Shown here piece by piece: positions 38,205 to 50,350 of a stretch of DNA of 64,000 nt. The stretch comes from Podarcis muralis (lineage: Eukaryota). Numbering within the stretch: the stretch's first letter is position 1; each line of letters opens with the position of its first letter. The stretch spans positions 23,312,001-23,376,000 of the forward strand of contig NC_135663.1 in assembly GCF_964188315.1 (NCBI RefSeq), in the 5' to 3' direction. A program made the position numbers and the translations under genes. The notes beneath the pieces were generated by a model. It worked only from the letters and a program-made list of their open reading frames with translations. It searched no databases and was not told where the DNA came from.

Positions 38205-39272
38205 TGGTAATAGACAAACTGGTAAAGAGAACGTACTTACATTGTCCATGGTTTTTAGCCAAGAGAGATGGTGGACTGGCAATTGGTTCTCCCTTGCCTT
38301 TATGAAATCCCAGTGAACCTACATCTAAAGAAAATGAACTTTCCATAAAGGACAAAGTAAGCTCAAGCCAATGTTGGGGATTTTCATTAACAGTTATCCA
38401 GCTCACGTTTGCATATGTGATAAAAGCCTCCTAAATTCTGAATTAAGGCTATGAATATCCTCTATGAAGAAGAACCAACTGTTGCTAGGATTCATCAAAA
38501 GGAAACTTCAGTACATACAGCAATTGCATTAATAGACTTCTGGGTGTTTCTCCATTTTGCTGTTTATACTCTACCATGGGACTGGTTCAGCTGTATAAAT
38601 CGAAAATAACTCAGGAATAGACCTGAGCTGTTCTTCTACTGCCATCAACTTTTAAAGGAGAGAGAGAGTGTGTATGTATATATATATATATAATAGCATT
38701 TATTCTTTAGTTGTATCTTAATAACAAGAGACAGTTATTATAGAGTAGGCACTGCATCCCTTAATATTCGTAGTGCTGTGTTATGTATAAATGTGTATGG
38801 ATATTAATGTATTTATATGTGTTGTGTATTTGCAGGATCTATTTGTAAGACTAAGTGGCAGCTGTGCACATTCAAGTTAGATTAGAACACAGAAACCCAC
38901 AATGATAGTCATGCAGTAAGTATTTACGACACAGGTTGCCATGTGCGGACAGTTTTATAGGGTGGCAATGAAATTCACCTATAAGTAAATGTAATGATGA
39001 GTTGGGTGCTAGAATCATTGCAACAGTATTGAGTTACTCAAATCAATGGTCTCATGTCAGAAGGAAAGACACTCATAACTGGTAGCAACAGTGTTGAAAG
39101 GTGCTCTTGTGAATTTAATAGTCATGTGGCCAGGGAACATTTGGCCAGGTTCTGTAATGTCATTTCTCAGCAGCTATTAAAAGCCAAAAGAGCTCTCTTT
39201 GGGTCAGGAATTGGCCATCTAGAGCAAAAGTCTATAGCAGCCGGCAGACTGGTTTCCAGCTATTGACTGGTC
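38205..39272 (+). other. NPNT: NPNT 3' UTR (proximal part; 3' end not determinable)
   Basis: Directly follows the stop codon. AT-rich and repeat-poor, with a Pumilio-type TGTATATA at 38675. I found no AATAAA before 39306. Confidence 0.6.
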
Positions 39273-39635
39273 TACCATACTTTGCCCAGGGCAGCTTAAA
39301 AGGAAAATAAAAATGCAATAGTAAACACAATAGAATGATAATAAAACAAACCTCCAGTCAAAGAGAGATTCAAATGGCTTAAAAGAGTTAAAGATTGCAA
39401 AGATGAAGAAACCTGGGGAGGGGTTTTCATATGGCATCACAATAACGATAGCAGCATGAGCAAGCGAGATTTCCCCCAGAGGCCATTCCACAGGCAGGTC
39501 ACCACCACCAAAAAGTCTCCCTCCCTCCCTGCCACTCACTTCACTCCAGATCACAGGGGCACTTAGAGAAGAGCTGCAGATCTAAGTCTTGGTGTATGGG
39601 CAGATGGATTATGGGTGCAGACAGTCCAACAGGTG
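39273..39635 (-). mobile_element. Old L2 3' fragment
   Basis: Degenerate match to the other L2 copies (cattccacaggcagg...caccaccaccaaaaag...). Confidence 0.5.
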
Positions 39636-40695
39636 CAAGATGCAGAGAACAAGTTTGATGTCCCTGCCCTTAAAGTCTTTACTCTTAAGGGCCTATATGC
39701 CCTTAGTATGCAAGGATTGGTGCATTTAAAGGATGCTTAGGTAGATCAGTCATTGGTACAGCTAAGTACCATCCTAGCAGCGAACGATGCCATGAATGAA
39801 GCATACTGCCATTAGCAGTATACACAGATACCAGGATCTTTTCAATTTACTCCAAGGTTAATCCGAGCCCCCTGGAGTCACCATGCAGCTTTTTGGACAC
39901 ACCAAATGAGCCATTTATAGAATTAATAATGTCATTAGATTTGGGCCAGAATAATGTTTATCTAGGCAGTTGATTTTATTTTTTATATCGGTTAAAGTTG
40001 CAATTTTAAAGGTGTGCACAAGGGAGTTTTAAACTGCTGCTACTTGCACAGCTGAAGAGGCAAGCTGTTTTTTAAAGTTTTGAATGCAGCTTGATTGTTC
40101 TGCCAGACAACCTGTTGCAGCATTCCTGCTGTGAGCAAGACCCCTGTCCCTCACCTGCACATATAACTTGGTAAGGTTTCCGTCTAAGTAAGTTTTGGAA
40201 TCATTAAATGCACACTGTTCAGTTTTCTCTGGTTGGGTTGGTGTGTGAAATGGGGTTTTAACCACAACCAATATTTTCAGAGTTTTCTTTCCTCAGACCA
40301 AATGCCATCCTTTTGTTTTATATTTTTTTAAAAAGAAGAAGGTACAGCTGTGTCTGAATCTTGTACTATTATAGAGAAACTATATTGAAATGTAAAATGC
40401 AGATTAAGGGTAATGGGCAGAATCTTGCAAATTCGTCATGTCAAATATCAGAGGAAAGGCATGGAATGTGGCTGTTTTATTGGTGCATTCATGCAATCCA
40501 TTTAAGCTCCACTGGTTTCAATGGGACTTACTTGGCCATGATTAATGTTTGCTGAATTTAGCCCAGTATTATACACAACTGCTTTTTGTTTCTATTTAAG
40601 CCAGTAACATGCAAGGTGATACTAACTTAACTCTTGCTGAAAGACAGAGTATATTCCAGTACAGCCTTTTAGTGGCACATAGCTTGCCATCTGCC

Positions 40696-40978
40696 CAGCG
40701 GCGGAGGAAGCCACTCAGATACCTGGGGCAGCGGGGCGAGCTGCCCATAGGGTCAGGGTGCATCGCGGGGCCTCCGGAGTCTACGTGCCTCCTCCCACTC
40801 AGCCGCCCCACAGCTGGGGGGAGGCAGCGGGTGGACCATTTGGGCAGAGCCCAGGAGAGACTTGTGGCTCAGGCATGCTGCAGACCCTGTAGTGAGTGCC
40901 GCCCGGCATTTTGTCACTCCCCTCAGTGGTGACACCTGGGGCGGCCCACACCCATCACACTCCCTTCCTCCGCCCCTG
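40696..40978. mobile_element. GC-rich non-autonomous hAT-type element
   Basis: 15-bp TIRs cagcggcggaggaag / cttcctccgcccctg (1 mismatch). Perfect 8-bp TSD catctgcc at 40688-40695 and 40979-40986. Confidence 0.88.
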
Positions 40979-41250
40979 CATCTGCCACAATCTATAATTC
41001 CTTAATCTGAAGTATTGCACCCTGAGACCTTTGACTTTTCTCCCATTGTACAGCGTCCTCTCACACTGCACTGCAATCTGATTTTGAAGCTATCCCAAGT
41101 TCCAAAAGATGTTTCGTTCCTCAGAGCCAGGGAGGGCCTGCTCAACCAGTAGATAGAGCCAGGCAGTTGCCTCAGGCAGCAGATGCTGGGGGGGTCAGGG
41201 TGGTGAGCAGCAGTGAGGTGTTAGAAGAGAAGTTAGAGATTCCAACCAAA

Positions 41251-41457
41251 GATCAGGAAGATCTTTAGGACAGTGTAAGCTGTTCGAAAGTTGAACAGTC
41301 TCCCTCAGGAACTGGGGGACTCTCCATCCTCGGAGGTTTTTAAGCAGAGGTTGGATGGCCGTCTGTCATGGATGCTTTAGCTGAGATTCCTGCACTACTG
41401 CAGGCTGTTGGACTAGAAGACCCTTGGGGTCCTTCCGAATTCTACAATTCTGTGATT
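41251..41457 (+). mobile_element. CR1 LINE 3' end
   Basis: ...ggaggtttttaagcagaggttggatggcc...cccttggggtccttcc.aattctacaattctgtgatt. Confidence 0.8.
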
Positions 41458-44008
41458 AGCACATGGCCTGCCCTGCACTCCTAAACTAGCCCACTGCTCT
41501 CAGGTGCAGTGAAAGACACTGTCCCAACCATCAGCGTTGGAGCAAAATTCAGTTGCCGAGCTGTTTAGCTTCTGTATCTGGAATGCGGCCATCATTTTGT
41601 TATTTGCCTGTGTCTTGGACCAGTCCAAGAGGCTTTTTTCCTGCTCCCGAGGGGGGGGGGGGGCGAGAGGATGAAATTCAAAAGCTTATCAAGTGTTTTT
41701 TCTAGATTGTGGCCAAACGTTTCCATATTGTTCATGGATTTTAGTGATATACTGGCAGTATTAAAGTGTGTATTTATCATGGGCCTGAATCATGTTGTAT
41801 GATAGGAGAGCAAGTGTTCACAAAAACTTTTTTTTGTAATCCTAAAAAAGTATGTGCTCTTAACATCTTTACTTGGTTCAAATTAGATTTTTGTGTGTGT
41901 TTGTGTGTGTACAGTTTTTCATGATAATATCTTACAGGGCCTGGAGCTCCAATGCAACCACCAAAAAGCGCATCCCAATTCAGTTTAATGGAAGAACTCT
42001 GCACTTACAGAGGCGCCCTATCCATTGAAGTGAATGGGATGCCTGCTCACATAGGAGACTTTCTGCATGTCAGAGTAGGCAGGGCATCCAACATTGAGGA
42101 CTTGGTATTTTAACCTTGATATAGCTCACCCAACATATTGTGCTTTGCTTTTCACAATGAGCAAAAGCCGCTGAGTGTCTCCCATAAAGAGAAAAGTCCC
42201 TCACAAAGACATGGCTTGTTGCTTCCAATGGCTACAAATTGGCATCACTTTATCCAGCTTAAGAGGATTTCAGTAAGGGTGGTTTTTAAAATCGCCAATC
42301 GCGAAAGTAGATGCATACATTGCTTTCGCATCTGCTTACCATGTTGCTGGTGCAATAACTACAGGGGGGAAGTCTTATATCTCTTTTTGTGGTGACATGC
42401 ATGGGCACCAGATGTCATGAAAGCTCATGTACTCATGGCTGGATGAGGGAGTGACTTCCCCTTACACTGTTAAAGCCAAGTTGCATGCACATCTTCAGTG
42501 GAACATAGGAAGCCATCTAATACTGAGGCAAACCATTAGTTCATGTAGTCTGCAGTACAGCATCTCAAGACAGCCTCTGATAACTTGTCGAAAGTTCTTC
42601 TATCTCAAAATACATTTCCCCATAATTTTCACTGGCAGCTTTATTGATCTTACCTTTCCCCAACTATTCGGCTTAGTCTGATCTAACAAACATAAATGCT
42701 GATTTTTCTGTGTGTGTGCTATTCCCTTCTTTCTTTTTGGCTTATCTTCCTGTTTTCATGCTTTATATAGAACAGCTCTAGTTACGTTCCACAGGGCGTT
42801 TTATGGAAATACGGTTCTTATAAACAAGCGCAAAAAATCTATACTACAGATCTCACTATCGTGACAAGCAATACACACAGTATTTTACACACAATGATTT
42901 TGGTCCAGCTGTATATACGGGGAAAGAAGGTATTGCACAAGAGCAGATAAGGGGTGAAGTATCATTGCATTACAGTAAAGATGTCAATGTGTGTCCAAAC
43001 AATAAAATGATCTGGATCAAGACATCTGCATTTGATATGCCCATGTAGCAAGCTTTCTGTACACACAGATCTCTCTTGCTCAACTTGGGCATTAAAATGT
43101 ACCTAAAGTCCAATATCTTTCATATATATATATAACTTTCCTCCATTCAGTGACTTCTTTGCTCTCTGACAACAGTTCTTTTATTTTTTAAAAAAGATAT
43201 TTTTTGGTGCCAACAAACCTGTATTGCACAAAGTTCAAGTGGAACACATTTTATCAAATGTACTGTAGGACATCTTAATAATTTAATATGGTTTTAAAGA
43301 AATGAATACTTTTCCAAAACAGACTCAAAATAAAGACATCTTTGTAAATTCACATGCATTTGTCATTCTTGTTATTTCTAAAAGCAAAATAAATGCAGAT
43401 AACCATGGGTACAATACAAAATCTGGTTTTGTAATCCATGTAAGGCTATGTCCATTTGCTGAAATAAACAAGCATAATTTCTGTGAAGTCCTAATCTTGG
43501 TATGATTTTATTCTGATCATTGACAAGAGCCAAGCAGGAGTGGCAAGGAAATTGAGCGACCATTGTACATTATTTCCAACCTTCCCCTCCCCTTCATTTT
43601 CTTTGATGTGTATCATTAACTCCATGGCCAAATTCCTTTAGAAACTAAAACTAAACAGAGAGGCCAAAAGGCCATGCATACTGCATCTTCTAGACAACAT
43701 CTACAAATTCTACAAAGCAAATGTAGAAACAAAGCTGACTGCACTGCTGACATCTGACTCATTTTAAGACTGCACTCAACAGCTCTGGAGAGAAAGAATC
43801 CTTGTCATCTTACACATCCTTAAAGGGAAAACTATAACTGGAATGCAGGGCTGGTTTGCACATCCCAGTTCCACATGATGACAGCCACACCATGTGTTGA
43901 ACAGCACATGGAAACGGAACACCACAAATATTGCACCACCGATACAGTTTTATTTTTTACAATTTAAGAACCTTGTGCAGGTTAAGGACATTGTTTGACA
44001 TAAATGTG

Positions 44009-44469
44009 TTTGGATTTGATATTCCGCTTTATCACTACCCTAATCTGGGGAACCGGGTAATCTAGGGAACCGGGTTTGCGTCTCCACTCCTCCACATGCA
44101 GCTGCTGGGTGACCTTGGGCCAGTTACACTTCTCTGAAGTCTCTCAGCCCCACTCACCTCACAGAGTGTTTATTGTGGGGGAGGAAAGGAAAGGAGAATG
44201 TTAGCCGCTTTGAGACTCCTGAAGGGGAGTGAAAGGCGGGATATCAAATCCAAACTCTTCTTCTCCTTCTAAGGAGTCTCAAAGCGGCTCACAACCTCCT
44301 TTCCCTTCCTCCCCACAACAAACACTCTGTGAGGTGAGTGGGGCTGAGAGACTTCAGAAAAGTGTGACTGGCCCAAGGTCACCCAGCAGCTGCATGTGGA
44401 GGAGCGGGGAAGCGAACCCGGTTCACCAGATTACGAGTCCACCGCTCTTAACCACTACACCACATTGGC
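44009..44469 (-). mobile_element. CORE/MIR-like tRNA SINE (outer copy) interrupted by an inverted second copy
   Basis: 44009-44040 plus 44269-44469 reconstitute the element seen uninterrupted at 46176-46422. Confidence 0.85.
44041..44268 (+). mobile_element. CORE/MIR-like SINE (inner, 5'-truncated, inverted relative to host copy)
   Basis: Reverse complement of the outer copy. Has a 17-nt tandem duplication taatctg/agggaaccggg at its 5' end and a (CTT)n-like tail. Confidence 0.85.
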
Positions 44470-45031
44470 TCTCTAAATGTGTCCATTTAGAGGCCTGTTA
44501 GGTTAGGGGAGCCAAGATCTGTGTGGAAAGCTTGAAGGGGATGGGTATGCTACACTAATCAGGACAGAATAAGGAGGAAAGGAATTGCAAGCATTTATTG
44601 TGTGCAAGGTACATTGGATAAGATGCAAGCCAACACGATATACAACTGACTTGGATTTCCTCAACCCAGTGAAGGCCAGTCAGACTACAGAATACCAGCT
44701 AGAGTTCCAGCAACACAGCAATCATGAGCAAAGGGAGGCATATGTAGAAGATTATACTTTCACTGAAGCCCATGGGTAATGTTTTATATGTGCATTGGAA
44801 CACACACTGCACCAGCTGAAGCTTCCATATAACTTTAAGGCTACCGTAGTTCCACACAGAAAGCATTGCAATACTTTAGGGCTGCCATATTTTGAAGAGC
44901 AAAGAAGAGAGAAAATGCTATGATGGCCATCAAAAGCAAATAAATGCAATTTGTCCCAAATTTTACCCCTGAAAAAAGAGGATGTGTCCTGGAAAAAGAG
45001 GACACATGGCAACTCTGATTATAACAATATA

Positions 45032-45273
45032 CAGTGGTACCTCGGGTTAAGTACTTAATTCGTTCTGGAGGTCCGTTCTTAACCTGAAACTGTTCTTAAC
45101 CTGAAGCACCACTTTAGCTAATGGGGCTTCCTGCTGCCGCCGCGCTGCCAGAGCACAATTTCTGTTCTCATCCTGAAGCAAAGTTCTTAACCCGAGGTAA
45201 TATTTCTGGGTTGGCGGAGTCTGTAACCTAAAGCGTATGTAACCTGAAGCGTCTGTAACCCGAGGAACTACTG
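45032..45273 (+). mobile_element. Tigger/pogo-like MITE, family A
   Basis: TIRs, TA TSD. Confidence 0.9.
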
Positions 45274-46175
45274 TATACATAACTAAAATTCAGTCCCTTT
45301 CTTCAGTCACAGATGGCAAATCATTTGAAAATGCTTTGGAAAACAAAGCACCAATCTTGGTCACCAGCACCACCTGAATGTGTAATGATAGTGCCCAATA
45401 ATTTTTGGCAGCCACCATTATGCATTCTTGTTTCGGGGGGGTGGGGTGGGGGTGGAATCCTCATGCACAACAGGCTTCTCATCTCCTCTCAGAATTGGTC
45501 AGATACCCTCCTAACAGGCTTTTCCATTTAGAAGCAGACTGAACTATAGCAAATGTTTTCGTTATTATGTTCTTTGTTTCCTGAAAGATAGAGGAAGTAT
45601 CGCACATCTGGTTCTCACCATAACTCTGTATGTGACCCACTAAATCCAATTTATTATTCCTCTGGCAGAAAAACCCAACAGCAAGTTGCTGTGAAAATTG
45701 CCTGTGCTCATTCAATCATATCCCCCGCTTCTTAGAGTTACACCCCCTTGCCTTGAAGAAATGCAATGTCTTTTTAATTGTTCCACTGCCTTGTTACAGC
45801 CTAAGTGCCACAATTTACTGGGTTTCAGGTTTACATCTCTGTATGGGAGATCATTTCCTCTTTCTTACAGCGGTGGGGGCAGAGAGGTCACTGATGGTTA
45901 CACTGTGGTACTATTGTGTTTTTTTTAATTTTTAAGCATACCTCTTGATCCACGCTGAATTTATATCAACATTGTATTCTTGTAAGGTTGCCATATTTCA
46001 AAAAGTAACATTCCTTTAGTTACAAAGTAGCAAAATTGTTTAGCTTTTTAAAGGAACAAACCGGATTCTTGTGAATGTGGAAAGGAGCTTGACTTTGGGG
46101 TAGGAGGAGGAGAATTCTCTGCCACTGAATTGGAGCCCCCATCTCTAGATGCTGCCGGTGCCCAATGTCCCACAG

Positions 46176-46422
46176 GAAGAGAAGAAGAGTTTGGATTTGA
46201 TATCCCGCTTTATCACTATCCGAAGGAGTCTCAAAGTGGCTAACATTCTCCTTTCCCTTCCTCCCCCACAACAAACACTCTGTGAGGTGAGTGGGGCTGA
46301 GAGACTTCAAAGTAGTGTGACTGGCCCAAGGTCACCCAGCAGCTGCATGTGGAGGAGCGGAGACGTGAACCCGGTTCCCCAGATTGCAAGACTACCGCTC
46401 TTAACCACTACACCACACTGGC
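46176..46422 (-). mobile_element. CORE/MIR-like tRNA SINE, full length
   Basis: Minus strand starts gccagtgtggtgtagtggttaagagc (A-box-like), continues with an MIR-like core ctgggtgaccttgggcc, and ends in a simple-repeat tail. Confidence 0.85.
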
Positions 46423-46548
46423 ACAAGAAGGCCAACAAAGTCAATCCTATCAGGAAAAAAGAAAACACAGTAATATGTGCACCCTGAAGACAAACATAGA
46501 GTAACAGAGCTCGCCCAAGATATTTTGCTGCCTGAGGTGAAGGACAAT

Positions 46549-46896
46549 ATAGAATCATAGAGTTGGAAGAGACCACAAGGGCCATCGAGTCCAACCCCCT
46601 GCCAAGCAGGAAACACCATCAGAGCACTCCTGACATATGGTTGTCAAGCCTCTGCTTGAAGACCTCCAAAGACGGAGACTCCACCACACTCCTTGGCAGC
46701 AAATTCCACTGTCGAACAGCTCTTACTGTCAGGAAGTTCTTCCTAATGTTTAGGTGGAATCTTCTTTCTTGTAGTTTGGATCCATTGCTCCATGTCCGCT
46801 TCTCTGGAGCAGCAGAAAACAACCTTTCTCCCTCCTCTATGTGACATCCTTTTATATGTTTGAACATGGCCATCATATCACCCCTTAACCTCCTCT
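46549..46896 (-). mobile_element. CR1 LINE 3' end
   Basis: Minus ORF GERLFSAAPEKRTWSNGSKLQERRFHLNIRKNFLTVRAVRQWNLLPRSVVESPSLEVFKQRLD is a CR1 ORF2 C-terminus. (ATTCTATG)-type tail. Confidence 0.93.
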
Positions 46897-47324
46897 ATGG
46901 TGGCCTTTCTCCTATTCCACTTAGAGCAAGTATAGGGAAGCTTTGCCCCTCAGGATATTTCTGAACTACAACTCCCATCATCCCCAGCAAGCATGGCCAA
47001 TGGCCAGGAAAGATGTTGGTTGTAGTTAAGCATCTTCTGGAGGACCAAAGGTTCCTCGCACCTGACTCAGAGAAACTGATAAGGTTAGCCGTTGAATATT
47101 ACTTCAACGCCAGCCATGGTACACCGTTCTCTACCACATCAGAGGAGAGCAGGGTTGTCTTCGGAGGGCCTGTGTGGCGTATATCCTTTCCCCCTCCATT
47201 CCCCTCCAGCCTGCCATTTCCCTCTGCCTACCAGCTTCAGACGCCTAAGACAGCTGCCTCACTCTGCCTAATGGTACGGCAATGCCTGACAATAAAGGAC
47301 GAGTGTATGTGCCATAACAGCATC

Positions 47325-47856
47325 AACAACAATAATTTATTATTTATACCCCACCCATCTAGCTGAGTTTCCCCAGCCACTCTGGGTGGCTTCCAATTGA
47401 GTGTTAAAAACAATACAGCATTAAATATTAAAAACTTCCCTAAAGAGGGCTGCCTTGAGATGTCTTTTAAAGATAAGATAGCTGCTTATGTCCTTCACAT
47501 CTGAAGGGAGGGCGTTCCACAGGGCGGGCACCACTACCGAGAAGGCCCTCTGTCTGGTTCCCTGTAACCTCACTTCTCGCAATGAGGGAACCATCAGAAG
47601 GCCCTCAGCGCTGGATCTCAGTGTCCAGGCTGAACGTACAGGACCGAGGCCATTTAGGGCTTTAAAGGTCAGCACCAACCTTTGAATTGTGCTCAGAAAC
47701 GTACTGGGAGCCAATGCAGATCTCTCAGGACCGGTGTTATGCAGTCGTGGCGGTCACTCCCAGTCACCAGTCTAGCTGCTGCATTCTGGATTAATTGCAG
47801 TTTCCGGGTCACCTTCAAAGGTAGCCCCACGTAGAGCGCATTGCAGTAGTCCAAGC
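47325..47856 (-). mobile_element. L2 LINE 3' fragment (subfamily A) with internal deletion
   Basis: Minus ORF LVLTFKALNGLGP...AFSVVVPALWNALPSDV. Upstream it encodes HWLPVRF-type sequence. Confidence 0.88.
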
Positions 47857-48396
47857 TTTTATTTTAAAAATTAAAAAAAGAAATCACACTTTTGACCCAG
47901 TCATTTCATTGTTTTTCCTGTGATTGTAGACCTTTTGAGGCCAGTGTTTCCATCTGTTTCTTTGGCCTTGGCAAGTAATCAGTGAAACCTGTCATCCTTT
48001 GCTCCTCTCTGTACAAATTGCTTTTTCGGATGGCTTGTGTCATCAGCTGTGATCGAGTACACAAAGGCATGCGGCACCCAGCTCTGCCACAAAGGGAAGC
48101 ATTCCCAGCTTTCTGAGCCCAAACCATGCGTAGTATGCCACATCAGCTGGATATTTTAATGCAAGGATTTGCATATAATAACATGATTGTGAAACAATGT
48201 CATCACTTATTTATATATTACTTATCGTAGTAGATCATGATTCGTTTGGGAGCTATCAGTAGCAAAGGAAGCTGCCTTACACAGAGTCAGCATCATTGAT
48301 CCATTCTTGATGTGACTGGGCTTATGTATGTTTAACTCTATTGCATTGCAACTTATATAACACTTAAATCACTTAAGTGTTCCTCTGCTAACAATA

Positions 48397-48778
48397 GGGT
48401 GCGGGTGGCACTGTGGTCTAAACCACTGAGCCTCTGGAACTTGCTGATTGGAAGGTCGTGGTTTGAATCCCCATGATGGGGTGAGCTCCCGTTGCTCTGT
48501 CCCAGCTCCTGCCAACCTAGCAGTTCGAAAGCACACCAGTGCAAGTAGATAAATAGGTACCACTGCGGCGGAAAGATAAACGACATTTCCGTGCACTCTG
48601 GCTTCCATCATGGTGTCCCGTTGCACCAGAAGCAGTTTAATCATGCTGGCTACATGGAAAGCTGTCAGCGGACAAACACTGGCTCCCTCTGCCTGAAAAG
48701 CAAGATGAGCACCGCACCCCATAGTTGCCTTTGACTGGACTTAACAGTCCAGGAGTCCTTTACCTTTTTTTACCTTTT
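48397..48778 (+). mobile_element. Sauria-type SINE (more diverged variant)
   Basis: Shared head, core and acctttt tail. Confidence 0.88.
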
Positions 48779-49446
48779 AACCATCCTGATTTACTTTAAG
48801 AAGCAGGAATCAGGATGAGACCAATTGCACAAAGAACCCAAGCAGGGTGTGTGAGTGTGCATGAGCACTAAGGAAGTAGTTTATTATTTGAGAGGTGTGC
48901 CATGGGCATAATGTTGAGTTGTAATTTCAGATTCTAACAGTGCAGCAAACGGGGTAATTTTAAGAGCAATGGTGTGCCCTTGCAGAGAGCGTTTTGCAAG
49001 TCCTGAAGATTTCCCCACACTAACTTGACAGCATGAACCAGGTCAATGGCCTATCTAGTCCACTATCCTGTTTTCACAATGGCCAACCAGATGCCTGCAG
49101 GAAGTCAGAAAGCAAGACCACAGCACATTCCCCACTGGTGTTCCCCAACAACTGGTACTCAGGGGCATACTGCCTCCAGTGCTGAAGGAAGAATGCTGGG
49201 CTTTTGCCTATATCCTTAAACGCATGACTGGAGGCTGAAACCCTCACACTTTCCACCCTGCCCTTTCCCTGGACCAAGTGCCATGCAGGTGCAACAGAAG
49301 AAATGCCCTGCAAATCTCTGCAGGAGATTTCCTCAGGCAGATGGGATTCTTAATAGATTTGCCCTTAAATTTTAACTGAGGACATGGGGAATATTAGCCA
49401 TATTATTATATTTTGTGGGTGCCCTTAGGTAAAATATAGCATTGCC

Positions 49447-49530
49447 TTGCGCAACGTATTATGTAACTCAAGCTGAAGGCTGAAAAATAGCTTCCTAGCC
49501 CTGCGCTGAATTGGTCAGTGATTTACATAA
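49447..49530. promoter_or_regulatory. Candidate enhancer motif cluster (C/EBP, two PAR-bZIP/NFIL3, Pbx-Hox-like)
   Basis: TTGCGCAA at 49447-49454, TTATGTAA at 49459-49466, TGATTTAC at 49519-49526 and TTACATAA at 49523-49530, in a repeat-free block. Motif match only. Confidence 0.35.
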
Positions 49531-50110
49531 AAGCCAGACACATTGGACTATTTAGCGGTTATGGGCACCATTAAGCAGGGAATGAATGAGCCAGCCGCCT
49601 CCATATAACTTTCTAAGGGTTCTTCATAATTAGATTTTCTGACTGCTGCAAACACCAGCGCTGATTGCTAATTTCTTCAGGGGAAGCTGTTAAATTAATT
49701 GCATATTAAAACATTATGCGCCACCTTTTTTTTTGTTTTTGGAAGGGGCCAATTTCCCTGCAGCATCGGCGGGCTTGTTTGTTTTGGCCATAGATTAGAG
49801 TCAATAGGTGAAATTAAACGTGAGCTGAAAGGCAATAGATCAGAGAGAGCAACTTCTTTTCTGATGGAAGGAGCAAATTCTCAGTCAGGTAAGATTTCAG
49901 TCATGAGCAGTTAAGGCCAACTGAAGTTGTGAGGATAAATAAGTATACAATGACCTTGTTTTGTGTTTTTATAACAGGAAAAATAAGCTGTATTAAGAAA
50001 GTCACATGGATATAATCTCCAAAATGGTGGCTTTGTTGGCATCAGATGGACATGGGAACACAGAATGCTGCCTTATACCAAGTCAAACCTTTGACCTAGC
50101 TTGTTCTGTA

Positions 50111-50343
50111 CAGTCGTACCTCAGATTAAGTACTTAATTCATTCCGGAGGTCCGTTCTTAACCTGAAACTCTTCTTAACCTGAAGCACCACTTTAGCTAA
50201 TGGGGCCTCCTGCTGCCGCCGCGCCGCCGGAGCACGATTTCTTTTCTCATCCTGAATAGTACCAAGGTACTATTTCTGGGTTAGCGGAGTCTGTAACCTG
50301 AAGCGTATGCAACCTGAAGCATATGTAACCCGAGGTACCACTG
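50111..50343 (+). mobile_element. Tigger/pogo-like MITE, family A
   Basis: TIRs, TA TSD. Confidence 0.88.
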
Positions 50344-50350
50344 TATTGTA

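Noticed and set aside
42931-43936. TATTGCAC hits as miR-92/miR-32 precursor genes
   Set aside because: The sequence after the seed does not match the mature miRNAs and no hairpin partner arm is evident.
47080-47320. CpG-richer unique-looking segment inside ORF 47013..47366
   Set aside because: No recognisable protein, RNA family or TE motif in any frame. Too little evidence to call.
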